Part shown: in pieces, positions 50,216 to 60,979 of the stretch | How positions within the stretch are numbered: position 1 is the stretch's first letter | How the letters are laid out: every line of letters starts with the position of its first letter | NCBI GenBank assembly: GCA_965224195.1 | Contig: OZ245040.1 | Span: forward strand, 1,952,001 to 2,016,000 | Source: Nitrosopumilus sp. | GTDB lineage: Archaea; Thermoproteota; Nitrososphaeria; Nitrososphaerales; Nitrosopumilaceae | Direction of reading: 5' to 3' | Length of the DNA stretch: 64,000 nt | Program-made: the position numbers and the translations under genes | Notes under the pieces: generated by a model | What the model was told of the DNA's origin: nothing | The model's database searches: none | The model's input: the letters and a program-made list of their open reading frames with translations, nothing else

Positions 50216-50725
50216 TTATTTATTGGTTTGAACTAATTCAATTGCCATAAGATATGCATCCTCGCCATCTCGATAATAGGCGTTTAATTGTTGTCTGATT
50301 GCAAATCCCATTTTTTCATATAATCTGACAGCATCAGTATTACTACATCTTACTTCTAAATAGAATTCATCACAATTTCTTAACTGTACACCATTGACAG
50401 ATTCTTCTACTAGTGCATTTCCTATTCCTTTTCTTCGATGTTCCTCAACTACTGCAATAGATACAACGTGACCTTTTTTTACAAAACCTAATTTCTTAAA
50501 ATTTGAAAAGCCAAATTCAGTTTTACACATAATGTATCCAACATGTTTGCCTCCAATTTCAGCAATAATGAAAGCCTCAGGTAACTCAGCAAGTAAACTT
50601 TCGTAAAAATAATCTGAATAATGTTCAGGTAGAGTTTTTAGATTAATTTCCATTACAGAAATTAGATCGCTTGGTCCCGCTCTTCGAATATTACAATCCC
50701 CTAATTGTTTTAGAATTACTTGCAT
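50216..50725 (-). CDS. N-terminal acetyltransferase Ard1/RimI family
   Basis: LPEHY, GHVVSIAV..RRKGIG, LEVRCSN, YYRDGEDA; probable start MQVIL. Confidence 0.92.
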   Translation of the reverse strand: MQVILKQLGDCNIRRAGPSDLISVMEINLKTLPEHYSDYFYESLLAELPEAFIIAEIGGKHVGYIMCKTEFGFSNFKKLGFVKKGHVVSIAVVEEHRRKGIGNALVEESVNGVQLRNCDEFYLEVRCSNTDAVRLYEKMGFAIRQQLNAYYRDGEDAYLMAIELVQTNK

Positions 50726-50775
50726 GATGGGGCATAGTTTTATCAATATTTAATTTTAAACCAAAAGACCATTTA

Positions 50776-51909
50776 ATGGAAAAATATAGTATTAAACAGA
50801 TGGAGGATCCCTCACAAGAAGATATTATTTCATTAGTTAACTCTATATTTCAGGTCAGTGATTTCACTAAAACTGAATTTTCATTAGAATTTAAAATTGA
50901 AGATATGGATTTCAAGTCAAAATTTGAAGGATTAGCAAGAAAATTAGAAGATATGAGATATGTTTGCAAATTAGAAAAGATGGAAGAGGGAGGACTATAT
51001 GTCATCATTCAGAAATTCACCCCGAAGAAACAGAGAAAGTGGATGAGTACATCATGGACTCCAAGAATATTGTTTGTAATTGTTATTTCATTTGTAATGG
51101 TAGATGGATACTATAGGACATCAGGTACAAATTCTATTGTAGAAATTGGAGATCCCCTAGAAATGGCAGCTGTGTATACACTGTCATTATTAGGAATTTT
51201 AGGAATTCATGAACTTGGTCATATTATTGCTGCAAAAGCACACGATCTAAAAACAACATGGCCATATTTCATTCCAGGACTTCCAATAATTGGAATTCCA
51301 ACATTTGGGGCATTTATTCAATCAAAAGGATTAACGATTAATCGAGAAATATTATTTGATGTTGCTATAGCAGGTCCAATTGCAGGATTAGTTATTGCAA
51401 TAATAGTTTCAATTTATGGTGCATATACTGCGCCAATTTTAGATCCTGATATTGCTGCAGGCTTGTTTGAGGAATCAAGATTGATTGAGTGGAATCAAGG
51501 AGAGCCATTATTGATGACTGCTAGTTTAGCATTATTTGGTAAAGGTGGGGCAGGACACGAAGTGATTATGACACCTGTAATGTTTGCAGCATGGATTGGT
51601 TTCTTAATTACATTTTTGAATTTATTGCCTGCATGGCAATTGGATGGTGGACACATGGCAAGAACATTGCTTGGGGTTAAACTTCACAAATATGCAACTT
51701 ATGGAAGTATGGCAATTCTTGTTTTACTAAACTATTGGTTAATGGCACTTTTAATTTTGTTTATGAGTTCAAGAAATCCTAGTGCATCTCCATTAGATGA
51801 TGTTTCACCACTATCAAGAAATAGAAAACTTGCATATCTTGGAATTATTGTATTAGCAGTTTTATGCGCACCTTTACCAACAGGATTTTGGTCAGGTATA
51901 CTACCTTAA
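50776..51909 (+). CDS. Site-2 protease (M50)
   Basis: HELGH, AIAGP, NLLPAWQLDGGH. Confidence 0.93.
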   Translation: MEKYSIKQMEDPSQEDIISLVNSIFQVSDFTKTEFSLEFKIEDMDFKSKFEGLARKLEDMRYVCKLEKMEEGGLYVIIQKFTPKKQRKWMSTSWTPRILFVIVISFVMVDGYYRTSGTNSIVEIGDPLEMAAVYTLSLLGILGIHELGHIIAAKAHDLKTTWPYFIPGLPIIGIPTFGAFIQSKGLTINREILFDVAIAGPIAGLVIAIIVSIYGAYTAPILDPDIAAGLFEESRLIEWNQGEPLLMTASLALFGKGGAGHEVIMTPVMFAAWIGFLITFLNLLPAWQLDGGHMARTLLGVKLHKYATYGSMAILVLLNYWLMALLILFMSSRNPSASPLDDVSPLSRNRKLAYLGIIVLAVLCAPLPTGFWSGILP

Positions 51910-52992
51910 CAATAATCTTGCACCATCAGTAACTACTGCAACTTTTTGGCGTGGCCCTTGAGTTTTTAGAATATAATCCATAGAATATTTTATACCCTGC
52001 ATAGAAATCATATTTAATTTCTTAGCATAAAATTCAGGTAAAATTGAGACTAGTCCTATTTGAAAATTCTTTTGTATTTCTGAAAGAAATAGTAAATTCT
52101 CCATTCCGTCAATGTATTTTGTGGGATTTCGTAATTGTTCTATAGTCAATCTATCTTCAATGTATTGTTGAAGGGCATCAGAACCTAAACCACCTTTACA
52201 TTCAGCAACTAAAATAGCAAGACCGTCTTTTTTAATTGCATTAGAGCAATTCCAAAGTGAAGAAAATGAATTTCCAAGATTGTCATTACTTGCATCTTTT
52301 CCAGTACTTATCACCATTGTTTTATGTTGACCCACGTCTTTGATAGAATTTGATTCTAGAATTTTTGTTGATGCAATAGTTTCTGAAGGATGTCCTATTG
52401 AGAAATCAACAATCCCTTCAGAATTTGCAATTATCTCTATTCCTTGAATTTCAAAATTATCTGCAAATTTTTTTGCTTCAGTTAAACTTTCAGAGTATTG
52501 TCCAGGAGTAGGAAGATTGCCTTGTCTTTTTGCATATGCAGAAAGCATTGATTCTTGACCAAATTTTTTGATAAGACGTGTGGAAATAGTCTCATATCCA
52601 AATAATCCATTGAATTCCATCTCACCCATGAATACTAGATTTGAATTTGAAATTCCTATATCCTCAAATTCATTAATTGAACTTCCTTCAGGCAGTCCAG
52701 ACTTTACTAAATTTAGAATTTTTTTATCAGTTAGGATTTTGGGAAACGGTTTGGATTTTTGTTCACATAACGTAAACAAAGAAGAGATGATCTTTAGAAT
52801 AGATTTAGAATTATGTAACACAACAAGTTCCATCGGTTTTGACAAATCAAGAGTGTTTAATTTTTCATTGATCGCTGAATCATCTAGAATTTTTCCCTCA
52901 GAATCAATTTTTTGCTCTAGATTTTCTGCCTTTATATCTAAAACGACGTCTGTAATTCCATAATTTAACCAAATTTCAGGCATATTTATCAC
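51901..52992 (-). CDS. LarA/DUF2088-like domain protein (divergent)
   Basis: IWLNYG N-terminus; KKDGLAILVAECKGGLG; VAVVTDGA C-terminus. Confidence 0.62.
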   Translation of the reverse strand: MINMPEIWLNYGITDVVLDIKAENLEQKIDSEGKILDDSAINEKLNTLDLSKPMELVVLHNSKSILKIISSLFTLCEQKSKPFPKILTDKKILNLVKSGLPEGSSINEFEDIGISNSNLVFMGEMEFNGLFGYETISTRLIKKFGQESMLSAYAKRQGNLPTPGQYSESLTEAKKFADNFEIQGIEIIANSEGIVDFSIGHPSETIASTKILESNSIKDVGQHKTMVISTGKDASNDNLGNSFSSLWNCSNAIKKDGLAILVAECKGGLGSDALQQYIEDRLTIEQLRNPTKYIDGMENLLFLSEIQKNFQIGLVSILPEFYAKKLNMISMQGIKYSMDYILKTQGPRQKVAVVTDGARLLLR

Positions 52993-53033
52993 TCAATACA
53001 AAACAAAATAAATCCAATGTAGTTAACTTTTGT

Positions 53034-53639
53034 ATGGAATTTGTAAAAGAGTTTGCAACCTTTTTGCATCAAAATAGCATCATAAAATTTGGGGACTTTA
53101 CACTAGCAAGTGGAAAAAAGAGTTCGTATTATGTAGATTTGAGATTAGTACCAAGTTATCCTATTGAATTTAGAAAAATGGTGAAATATCTTGAAAATGA
53201 GATTGGGCAAGATATTGGATTAGATAATTTTGATTCAATTGTGTCAGTACCCACAGGAGGTTTAGTAATTGCATCAGCGTTGGCAATTGAAACCGTAAAA
53301 CCGTTAATCTATGTAAGAAGTAAACCGAAAGATTATGGAACATCAAAATCAGTTGAAGGTGAAATTCATGACGACATGAAAGTTGTAATGATTGATGATG
53401 TTGCTACTACTGGAGGTTCAGTAGTTAATGCCATCAAATCTTTGAAAGAAGTAAACATTACAGTAAAAGATGCTTATGTGATTGTAAACCGAATGGAGGG
53501 GGCGGATGAAGCATTGTTAGAATTAGGAGTCAAAATGCATTCAATTCTAAATATTTTACAAATTACAGAGGCTTTGTTTGAACAAAATCTCATTGATGCA
53601 AGTGTCTTAGAAAAAGTGAAAAAACAAATCAGTAAATGA
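53034..53639 (+). CDS. pyrE: Orotate phosphoribosyltransferase
   Basis: FGDFTLASGKKSSYYVDLR, KDYGT, IDDVATTGGS. Confidence 0.95.
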   Translation: MEFVKEFATFLHQNSIIKFGDFTLASGKKSSYYVDLRLVPSYPIEFRKMVKYLENEIGQDIGLDNFDSIVSVPTGGLVIASALAIETVKPLIYVRSKPKDYGTSKSVEGEIHDDMKVVMIDDVATTGGSVVNAIKSLKEVNITVKDAYVIVNRMEGADEALLELGVKMHSILNILQITEALFEQNLIDASVLEKVKKQISK

Positions 53640-53750
53640 GTTTTGGCTGCTCAGTCAAATGCCTTCCAATCATCAATTCAGATATAACTCTGATTCTTCA
53701 TCGCGGCCAGATAATTTTTAATTCGCTCATTTTAAAACTAATGGAAATAA

Positions 53751-53824
53751 TGGGCCCGAAGGGCTTCGATCCCTTGGCTCACCGGTTATGAGCCGGTTAC
53801 TCTACCAAGCTGAGTTACGGGCCC
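53751..53824 (-). tRNA. tRNA with CAT anticodon, most likely tRNA-Ile2
   Basis: GGGCCCG acceptor, ACCGG-CTCATAA-CCGGT; lacks initiator A1:U72 and 3 G-C pairs. Confidence 0.88.
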
Positions 53825-53865
53825 TAAGCAAAGGAATTTTTTCTCAGGTATAAAATGTTATGAGA

Positions 53866-54498
53866 TTAACAGTATTCTTCGTAGCAACTATCAAGTAACA
53901 AGTTTTGTGCTGAAATTGATTTATCTGCAATTTCAATCAAATTACTCGAATCAATTGAAAATCTCTCCAAAATATTTCTCCAGGATGCTGCATGTCTAAT
54001 GTCAGCTTCTGTGTGAAGTTTGAAGTATTCTGTAGCTTCATTGCTAGTCATTCCATAAAATTCTGCTAAACCATCAAGTTTAGTTTGACTAATTTTTGGA
54101 ATTTCTTTTTCAAAAGCATACATGGCACAAGCACCACCGTCAAAAGTATCCATTAATTGATTCAAGTCGGATACTGCTTTCTGGATTTTAGTTGTTCCAG
54201 AATATGAGATTAATTCATCTTCAGATATTCCAAGTTCGCCAGCAAAGGTAATCCATGATTTAATATGATCAGATTCTTCTTGTTGATTTTCTACCAACTC
54301 ACCAACTACGGATTCAGGAGATTTTTTAATTATCGGAGTCATAAAGGAAGGAACTGCTTTTACAAGTTGAAAATATTCTTTTGAATAACCTGCTAGAGAT
54401 TCCTGGGTTAATTTTCCATCAGACCACATTTGGTAAAATGGGTGTTTTAGTAAACTTCTTTCTTCTATCATTTCATCAATTTTTTTAATTATATTCAT
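53866..54498 (-). CDS. CADD/CT610-like (TenA/PqqC superfamily) di-metal protein
   Basis: LLKHPFYQMW..G.L, EE..H..W, YAFE..IPKISQTK..GL..FYG, YFKLH..AD..H; start MNIIKK at 54498. Confidence 0.85.
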   Translation of the reverse strand: MNIIKKIDEMIEERSLLKHPFYQMWSDGKLTQESLAGYSKEYFQLVKAVPSFMTPIIKKSPESVVGELVENQQEESDHIKSWITFAGELGISEDELISYSGTTKIQKAVSDLNQLMDTFDGGACAMYAFEKEIPKISQTKLDGLAEFYGMTSNEATEYFKLHTEADIRHAASWRNILERFSIDSSNLIEIADKSISAQNLLLDSCYEEYC

Positions 54499-54578
54499 GA
54501 TACAACTCCACAAGAGCCAATAAAAAAATCTTTGTGGTTTACAAAAGATTTTATGGTCATAAAAAATAATTTTCATGG

Positions 54579-54657
54579 GTTCCAGTGGTGTAGACCGGTC
54601 AAGCATTTTGCCCTTTCAAGGCAAAGATCCCGGGTTCAAATCCCGGCTGGAGCACCA
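54579..54657 (+). tRNA. tRNA-Glu(TTC) with encoded CCA
   Basis: GTTCCAG..TTGCC-CTTTCAA-GGCAA..GGTTCAAATCC..CTGGAGC-A-CCA. Confidence 0.95.
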
Positions 54658-54684
54658 AGATTTATTTACGTATGGTAAAGTTTT

Positions 54685-55551
54685 TTGATCAGGCCCATCT
54701 TGGACAGGAAAAATATCGAGATAAATCCTCTACTTGAAACTTATGGCAAGTACATTCAACAAATTGATCAAGCTTTAGAAAATGAATTGGGCATCTATTC
54801 TGAATCAGAGTTTATTGAGCCTCTAAAATATTCCCTAGAGGGAGGAAAGCGAATTAGGCCTATAATTTTGAATTTAGCTGCAGAGAGTGTAGGTGAAATT
54901 GATGAAAATGTACTTTCAGCTTCATGTGCTGTCGAATTTCTTCACATGGAATCAATAATTCATGATGATATTATCGATAATGAAACAATGAGAAGACAAA
55001 AGGAGCCATTCCACATCAAATACGGATACAATACAAGTGTACTAACTGGAGATTTTGTTTTAGGATTAATTCTTGCAATATCATCTAGATTAGATAATGC
55101 TAGAATTACAAAAGATTTGGCTACCACTGCTATGCTAATGAGTGAAGGAGAAATGATTGAAGGTAGATTAGAAACAAGTGAGGACGTAACATTTGATGAT
55201 TATCTAAAAGTAATTGAATACAAGACTGCAGTGGCATTTCAAGTTGCAGCTAGAATTGGTGCAATTATTGCAAATGGAACTGAAGAACAAATTGAAGCAT
55301 TAGATGAATATGGGAAAAATCTTGGAATTGCATATCAAATTAGAGATGATTTGTTTGATTGGAAAAATGAGGACAAGTTATTCAATTTATTAATCAAAAA
55401 AAGTTCTGATCCAAGAGATGTCTTTAATAAAATGGAAGAGATGTTAAAAGAATATTCAGAAAAAGCAAGAATGGCATTAAGAAAAATTCCAGATAGTGAT
55501 GCTAGAATAAATTTAGATAATTTAATTAAATTTACTTCATTTAAGGCATAA
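54685..55551 (+). CDS. Polyprenyl/geranylgeranyl diphosphate synthase
   Basis: GGKRIRP, HDDIID..RR, YKTA, QIRDD. Confidence 0.93.
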   Translation: MIRPILDRKNIEINPLLETYGKYIQQIDQALENELGIYSESEFIEPLKYSLEGGKRIRPIILNLAAESVGEIDENVLSASCAVEFLHMESIIHDDIIDNETMRRQKEPFHIKYGYNTSVLTGDFVLGLILAISSRLDNARITKDLATTAMLMSEGEMIEGRLETSEDVTFDDYLKVIEYKTAVAFQVAARIGAIIANGTEEQIEALDEYGKNLGIAYQIRDDLFDWKNEDKLFNLLIKKSSDPRDVFNKMEEMLKEYSEKARMALRKIPDSDARINLDNLIKFTSFKA

Positions 55552-57025
55552 GACCTAAACTAATTACTGGAGTTGCAAACTCTACAAATTTGAGTAATGG
55601 TTCTGGATATACACCAAATCCTACCAAGAAGATTGTTGAGAAAATCATTACAGCAATAATAGATCTTGGTTCTACAACTCTCTTTTCTGTTTCTCCTTCA
55701 AAGTACATCTTTCGTGTAAGCCAACCATAGTAAGCAAGAGATAATGCACTGTTAAGGACACCTGCAATTGCAAGCCAAGGTGCCCACCATAATGCAGAAC
55801 TAGCATCTAAAGCACTTCCAAACAACATCAATTTACTCCAGAATCCAGAAAGTGGTGGAATTCCTGCCAATGCAAATAATGCAATAACTAATCCTAGTGC
55901 AGTGATAGGCATTCTTCTTCCTAGCCCTTGTAATTTGTCAATATGTGTGACTGCAAGTGTTGTGACAATACCTGTAACTGCAATAAATGCAGCACCTTTC
56001 ATTACAGCGTGATTCATAATTTGATATAACGAACCTTGTAGTCCAAGTGAGCTGTGTGGAGCTACTGCAAGTCCAATCAAAATGTATCCTGCATGAGCGA
56101 TACTAGAATATGCCAACATTCTTGAAATGTTCTTTTGCATAATTGCTGCAACATTTCCAATCGTCATTGTCATTACTGCGATAATTCCAAGAGCCAAAGT
56201 CCAATCAAGATTCAAAACAACCATTCCAAGAACTACAATTCTAATAGTTGCAGCAAATCCGGCTTTCTTGGTTGCAGCTGCTAGTAATGCTGTAATTGTT
56301 GGTGGAGCACCTTCATAGGTATCTGGCAACCATTGATGGAAAGGAACAAGTCCCATTTTAAATCCAAATCCCGCAATAAACATTCCAACTGAAAGTAATG
56401 CAAGCGGCAACATGGAAGGATCAAGTGTCGCATAACCTTGAATGACTTCTCCAATATTTGTAGAACCAGTTAATCCATAAGAAATTGAAATTCCGTAAAC
56501 TATGATTGCAGATGACAATGCACCAAAGAGGAAATATTTTAGAGCGGCTTCATTGGAACTTGGATTCTTTTTCATATATCCAACCAAGATATATGTTGGA
56601 ATACTCATCAATTCCCATGCAACAAACAACATTATCAAATCAGTAGAATATGCAACTAGAACCATACCAATTGTAGCCAGTAAAATTAGTGAATAGTAAA
56701 CTGCAGGTGAGTTATGCTTTCGCATATAATTGAAAGAGCCAACAGTTGTGAAAATAGCAACAATAAGCATTGCAATTGCAAAGAATCCACCAAATGCATC
56801 ATCTACAATTACATCTTCAGAAAATAATGCAGATGAAGCAATGTTTTCTGCATAAAATTGATATCCAACATAACCCATGGATACAATTAATGCTGCAAAT
56901 GCAATGACTGCATAAAATGAATTTGAGCCTTGTTCTTTTCTTGCGATGCTGATTATTGGTAGAAGAATTCCAACAGTGCCCAAAATTGCAATTAATATCA
57001 ATGGAGTTGAGGTAATTTCTAACAT
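55541..57025 (-). CDS. nuoN: Complex I subunit N
   Basis: EAALKYF, FKMGLVPFHQWLPD, RMLAYSSIAH. Confidence 0.95.
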   Translation of the reverse strand: MLEITSTPLILIAILGTVGILLPIISIARKEQGSNSFYAVIAFAALIVSMGYVGYQFYAENIASSALFSEDVIVDDAFGGFFAIAMLIVAIFTTVGSFNYMRKHNSPAVYYSLILLATIGMVLVAYSTDLIMLFVAWELMSIPTYILVGYMKKNPSSNEAALKYFLFGALSSAIIVYGISISYGLTGSTNIGEVIQGYATLDPSMLPLALLSVGMFIAGFGFKMGLVPFHQWLPDTYEGAPPTITALLAAATKKAGFAATIRIVVLGMVVLNLDWTLALGIIAVMTMTIGNVAAIMQKNISRMLAYSSIAHAGYILIGLAVAPHSSLGLQGSLYQIMNHAVMKGAAFIAVTGIVTTLAVTHIDKLQGLGRRMPITALGLVIALFALAGIPPLSGFWSKLMLFGSALDASSALWWAPWLAIAGVLNSALSLAYYGWLTRKMYFEGETEKRVVEPRSIIAVMIFSTIFLVGFGVYPEPLLKFVEFATPVISLGLMP

Positions 57026-57038
57026 TTCATCATTTCTC

Positions 57039-59117
57039 CTATATCAACAATATCAGGACTACGAATAGTAATCCTGCTCCAAATACGAATAGATATGATT
57101 GTGAAACACCAGTTTGAGTTCCTTGAACGACTTTGGCACTCCATCCAACTGCTTTTTGGACTCCAGCATTCATACCGTAATCGATAGCGGTCTTTTCAAA
57201 GTATCGGAATACTCCTCTTGCAAGCCATAGAGGAGCTACAACAAAGCACCAATAGATTATGGCGTTTAGATACCATCTGTTTAAGATGAGTTTGTGAAGT
57301 GAGTAAAAGAAAATATTTGAATTAACAAATTTCACAGGATCTACCCATCTTCCAATATAGAAGATGTAACCTAGTCCAATTCCTGTAGCAAATGCTACCA
57401 ATGACGAACCAAGTGCAACTGGATTAAGTCCTTGTAAGAATTCTGGTAAAATTGATGCTTCATTTGCAACATGTGCTGTATGAATACCAAATGAATGCTC
57501 CAAGTATTCAGTGAATAAATGATGTAGTCCTTCTTCTGCAGATAATCCAATAAGACCAATACCAATTGTTAGTACTGCAAGAATTCCATATGGAATCCAC
57601 ATTGACATTGGTGCTTCATGAATATGGTGTCCTTCTTCTTCCATCTTTTCAACGTGTTTGCTCTTCTTTCCAAAGAAGACTAGTCCAATCATTCTTGTTG
57701 TATAAAATGCAGTGATAACAGCAGTTAGAACAGCAATAATGTAGAGTGGCATTGCCCATTCATTTCCAGATGTATAAACTGCAGCAAAGACTGCATCCTT
57801 ACTCCAGAAACCGGTTGTGATAAATGGTGCACCCATTAAACCAAGACCAGCAGCCCACATGAATGCATAAGTTTTCTTCATTTGTTTTCTCAAGCCGCCC
57901 ATATCACTCATAAATCTAGAACCAACAATATGCAACAGAGAACCTGCTGCCATGAACAATGAAGCCTTGAACATTGCATGAGAAATTAAATGGAAAAATC
58001 CTGCAGTATAACCATCAACATATTGATGAGACAATCCTGCAACGCCTAATGCCATCATCATATAACCAATTTGAGAACCAGTAGAATATGCAAGAACTTT
58101 CTTAATTTCGTTATTCACCATACCTTGTGTTGCAAGTAATAATGCAGTGATAGCACCAACCCAAGCAATAATTTCAAAGAATTGATCAGCCATAATTCCT
58201 GCTGCACCTAATGCAAATACAAGTGGACCAATTCTTGCAACCAAGAAAACACCTGCTTTGACCATTGTAGCTGCGTGAATTAATGCAGATACGGCAGTAG
58301 GACCAGTCATTGCTTCTAACAGCCATTCGTTAAGTGGGAATTGAGCTGACTTTCCTATAGCACCACCAAATAGTAAAACAAACGCAGGAACAAGTAGTCC
58401 CTCAGCTTGCATTGCAACCGCCCAATCAGTAGAATCCATTAATTCCTTAAATCCAAATGTACCTGCATACAAGAATATCAAAAGCATACCAGCAATCATC
58501 ATTACATCACCAACTTTTGTCATGATGAATGCCTTCATACCAGCGTGAGTTGGTGCATAGTAATCTAACATACCAAGAACAGTTCTACCCTCAACACCTA
58601 CATGATCTTTCTTTTTATCACGATACCAAAAGCTAATCAAAGCATATGATGCAAGTCCTACTCCTTCCCATCCGAAGAAGATTTGTAACAAATTATCAGA
58701 TAGTACGATTAATTGCATTGAACCAATAAAGAACAACATCCAAAACCAAAATCTTGTAATGCCTTTGTCACCTTTCATGTAACCTGTACTGTAAATCATA
58801 ATGAGGAATGAAATCCAGCCAACTACATTTGCCATTATTATTGAAAGTGGATCTGCTAATACGCCGGCTTTAAGACCAATTGCCTCTATCCACATTATCT
58901 GATCATGGATTTCATGAGCCTCCAAAGCCATTGGAAGAAGTGATGCAGCAGATAATGCACTCATCAAAGCAAATGCTACTGCAACAAAGCCAGTTGCATG
59001 TTTTGATAGTTTACCAACACCTGGAATAATTAATGCAGCAGCAAATGGTAGAATCCAAACCAACCAAGCACTTGCGACTCCAATTTCAAATGGTAATCCA
59101 AAAGCTTCTGTTGCCAT
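57039..59117 (-). CDS. nuoL: Complex I subunit L
   Basis: GWEGVG, KSAQFPL, GPTAVSALIHAATMV, HAMFKA. Confidence 0.95.
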   Translation of the reverse strand: MATEAFGLPFEIGVASAWLVWILPFAAALIIPGVGKLSKHATGFVAVAFALMSALSAASLLPMALEAHEIHDQIMWIEAIGLKAGVLADPLSIIMANVVGWISFLIMIYSTGYMKGDKGITRFWFWMLFFIGSMQLIVLSDNLLQIFFGWEGVGLASYALISFWYRDKKKDHVGVEGRTVLGMLDYYAPTHAGMKAFIMTKVGDVMMIAGMLLIFLYAGTFGFKELMDSTDWAVAMQAEGLLVPAFVLLFGGAIGKSAQFPLNEWLLEAMTGPTAVSALIHAATMVKAGVFLVARIGPLVFALGAAGIMADQFFEIIAWVGAITALLLATQGMVNNEIKKVLAYSTGSQIGYMMMALGVAGLSHQYVDGYTAGFFHLISHAMFKASLFMAAGSLLHIVGSRFMSDMGGLRKQMKKTYAFMWAAGLGLMGAPFITTGFWSKDAVFAAVYTSGNEWAMPLYIIAVLTAVITAFYTTRMIGLVFFGKKSKHVEKMEEEGHHIHEAPMSMWIPYGILAVLTIGIGLIGLSAEEGLHHLFTEYLEHSFGIHTAHVANEASILPEFLQGLNPVALGSSLVAFATGIGLGYIFYIGRWVDPVKFVNSNIFFYSLHKLILNRWYLNAIIYWCFVVAPLWLARGVFRYFEKTAIDYGMNAGVQKAVGWSAKVVQGTQTGVSQSYLFVFGAGLLFVVLILLI

Positions 59118-59120
59118 AAT

Positions 59121-60674
59121 CTAAACCCCCAACACTCCATTCATGTATGGAATGATTGTCTTCAAGAAAATATCTGGATAAATACCAACTACAATTGAGA
59201 ATCCTGCCAACACCATCATTGGAGCAGTCATATACCAACTTCCTTCCTTCACATGTTCAAGATGTTCTGGAGTTTTTCCAAAGAATACACGTTTTAGCAT
59301 CCATAACATGTAAGACATTGTAAGAGCTGTTGCAACAAGTCCTAGACCAAAGGTTACTGCTCTAAGTGTTGAACCTTCTTCAATAGCAGTTTCTAATGCA
59401 CCGAAAAAGAGAATCCATTCTCCCATAAAACCACTTGTTGGTGGAACACCCATAATTGTTAATGCACCAATAACCGCACAGACAGCGGTAATTGGCATTT
59501 TTCCTGCCAATCCTCCTAATTTGGAAATACTTCTAGTTCCAACTTTGACAATTATAATTCCGGCCATCATGAAAAGAATACCTTTTCCAATTGCGTGTGT
59601 TACATACATCATTTCTGCACCTGTAAGACCAAGTACAGATATCGAACCAATGCCAAATAGGATGTAACCCATCTGACTAATACTAGAATATGCAAGCATA
59701 CGTTTTAGATCATCTTGCATTAGTGCCATGGCACCACCGTAAATCATTGTTACAAGACCCCAAATGTGGAACCATATTGAAAGATCTACAAATGTTAATG
59801 GTAAAAATTCAACAATTAATCTGAAAAGACCATAAGCTCCAATTCCAATCATTGCAGGAGATAGCAATGCACTGATTGGTGTAGGTGCTGAACCGTGAAC
59901 ATATGGAAGCCAAACATGGAACATAAAGACGGCGAGTTTAACTCCTAATCCTATTGAAATTGCAACTGCAGAATACATTGCAATATCTGCAGGAATTTCA
60001 GATTCTTTGATATCTGCAAAGTCAAAACTTCCAAGTGTAAGACCAATCATTAAAAATCCCAATAGTAAAACTACTGCACCTGCATGAGTCCAAAATAAGA
60101 ACATTAAACCAATCTTTCTTCTAGGACCATCACCCCAAAGGGCTACCAAAAAGAAACCAGGAATTAGCATAACTTCAAAGAAAATGTAAAATTCAATAAG
60201 ATTAGTTGATAGAACCGTTCCAAGCATACCCATTGCAAATACAAGGAATAGTGCAAAGTAAAGTCCAGATTTAGCATTTACATAATTAGTAAGAGAGGAG
60301 GATTCAATGATAGATGTTTGACCACCAGATGATGAAACAATCTTCTGTTCTTCTTCAAATTGTTCGTGGAATTTATGAACCATGTATGGTTTTGAATAAA
60401 TTGCCAAGATTGTAGATAAAACGTAAATCATTATTGCAAATGGTGATGCTAGTCCATCTAACAAGAAACCAAATTCTCCAAACTGTTCAGTCCATGGATA
60501 ATGTTCCTCGACAGTTCCAGAAAGTGCTGCATTGATTACAAGAATTGTGGTGTATAACAGAATTGCAAATGTAAACCACATTGCAGGTGTTGGTCCTACT
60601 TTTCTTCCAATAATGTATGCAACTGGAGATAAAAGTAATGGTAGGAAAACTGCCTGTAATAGCGCGTATTCCAT
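59121..60674 (-). CDS. nuoM: Complex I subunit M
   Basis: FYIFFE, HVWLP, KRMLAYSSISQMG. Confidence 0.95.
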   Translation of the reverse strand: MEYALLQAVFLPLLLSPVAYIIGRKVGPTPAMWFTFAILLYTTILVINAALSGTVEEHYPWTEQFGEFGFLLDGLASPFAIMIYVLSTILAIYSKPYMVHKFHEQFEEEQKIVSSSGGQTSIIESSSLTNYVNAKSGLYFALFLVFAMGMLGTVLSTNLIEFYIFFEVMLIPGFFLVALWGDGPRRKIGLMFLFWTHAGAVVLLLGFLMIGLTLGSFDFADIKESEIPADIAMYSAVAISIGLGVKLAVFMFHVWLPYVHGSAPTPISALLSPAMIGIGAYGLFRLIVEFLPLTFVDLSIWFHIWGLVTMIYGGAMALMQDDLKRMLAYSSISQMGYILFGIGSISVLGLTGAEMMYVTHAIGKGILFMMAGIIIVKVGTRSISKLGGLAGKMPITAVCAVIGALTIMGVPPTSGFMGEWILFFGALETAIEEGSTLRAVTFGLGLVATALTMSYMLWMLKRVFFGKTPEHLEHVKEGSWYMTAPMMVLAGFSIVVGIYPDIFLKTIIPYMNGVLGV

Positions 60675-60979
60675 TATCCCTTCAAGCTCCTAAAGTCTGC
60701 AATATCGACATTCTGATACATACGATAAGCTACAATGATTAATGACAATCCGACTGCCACTTCTGCTGCAGCAATTGCAATTGAAAATAATGCCATGGTT
60801 TGACCACCAATGTGAGGTAAGAATCTACCAAATGCAACAATGTTCAAGTTTGCTGCATTGATAATAATTTCAACTGCAAAAAGCATTCGAATGAAATTAC
60901 GTTTAACTGCAAGACCATAGATTCCTATGCCCAGTAAGGCAACAGATACTAAAGTAAAATCAATTAGCTCGCTGGTCAT
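60674..60979 (-). CDS. nuoK: Complex I subunit K
   Basis: AVEIIINA, AAAEVAVGL. Confidence 0.95.
   Translation of the reverse strand: MTSELIDFTLVSVALLGIGIYGLAVKRNFIRMLFAVEIIINAANLNIVAFGRFLPHIGGQTMALFSIAIAAAEVAVGLSLIIVAYRMYQNVDIADFRSLKG

Noticed and set aside
54505-54565. Overlapping short inverted repeats between CADD-like gene and tRNA-Glu
   Set aside because: AT-rich and imperfect; cannot be distinguished from chance
54499-54606. Longer start for the CADD-like ORF
   Set aside because: Overlaps tRNA-Glu; family similarity begins at MNIIKK
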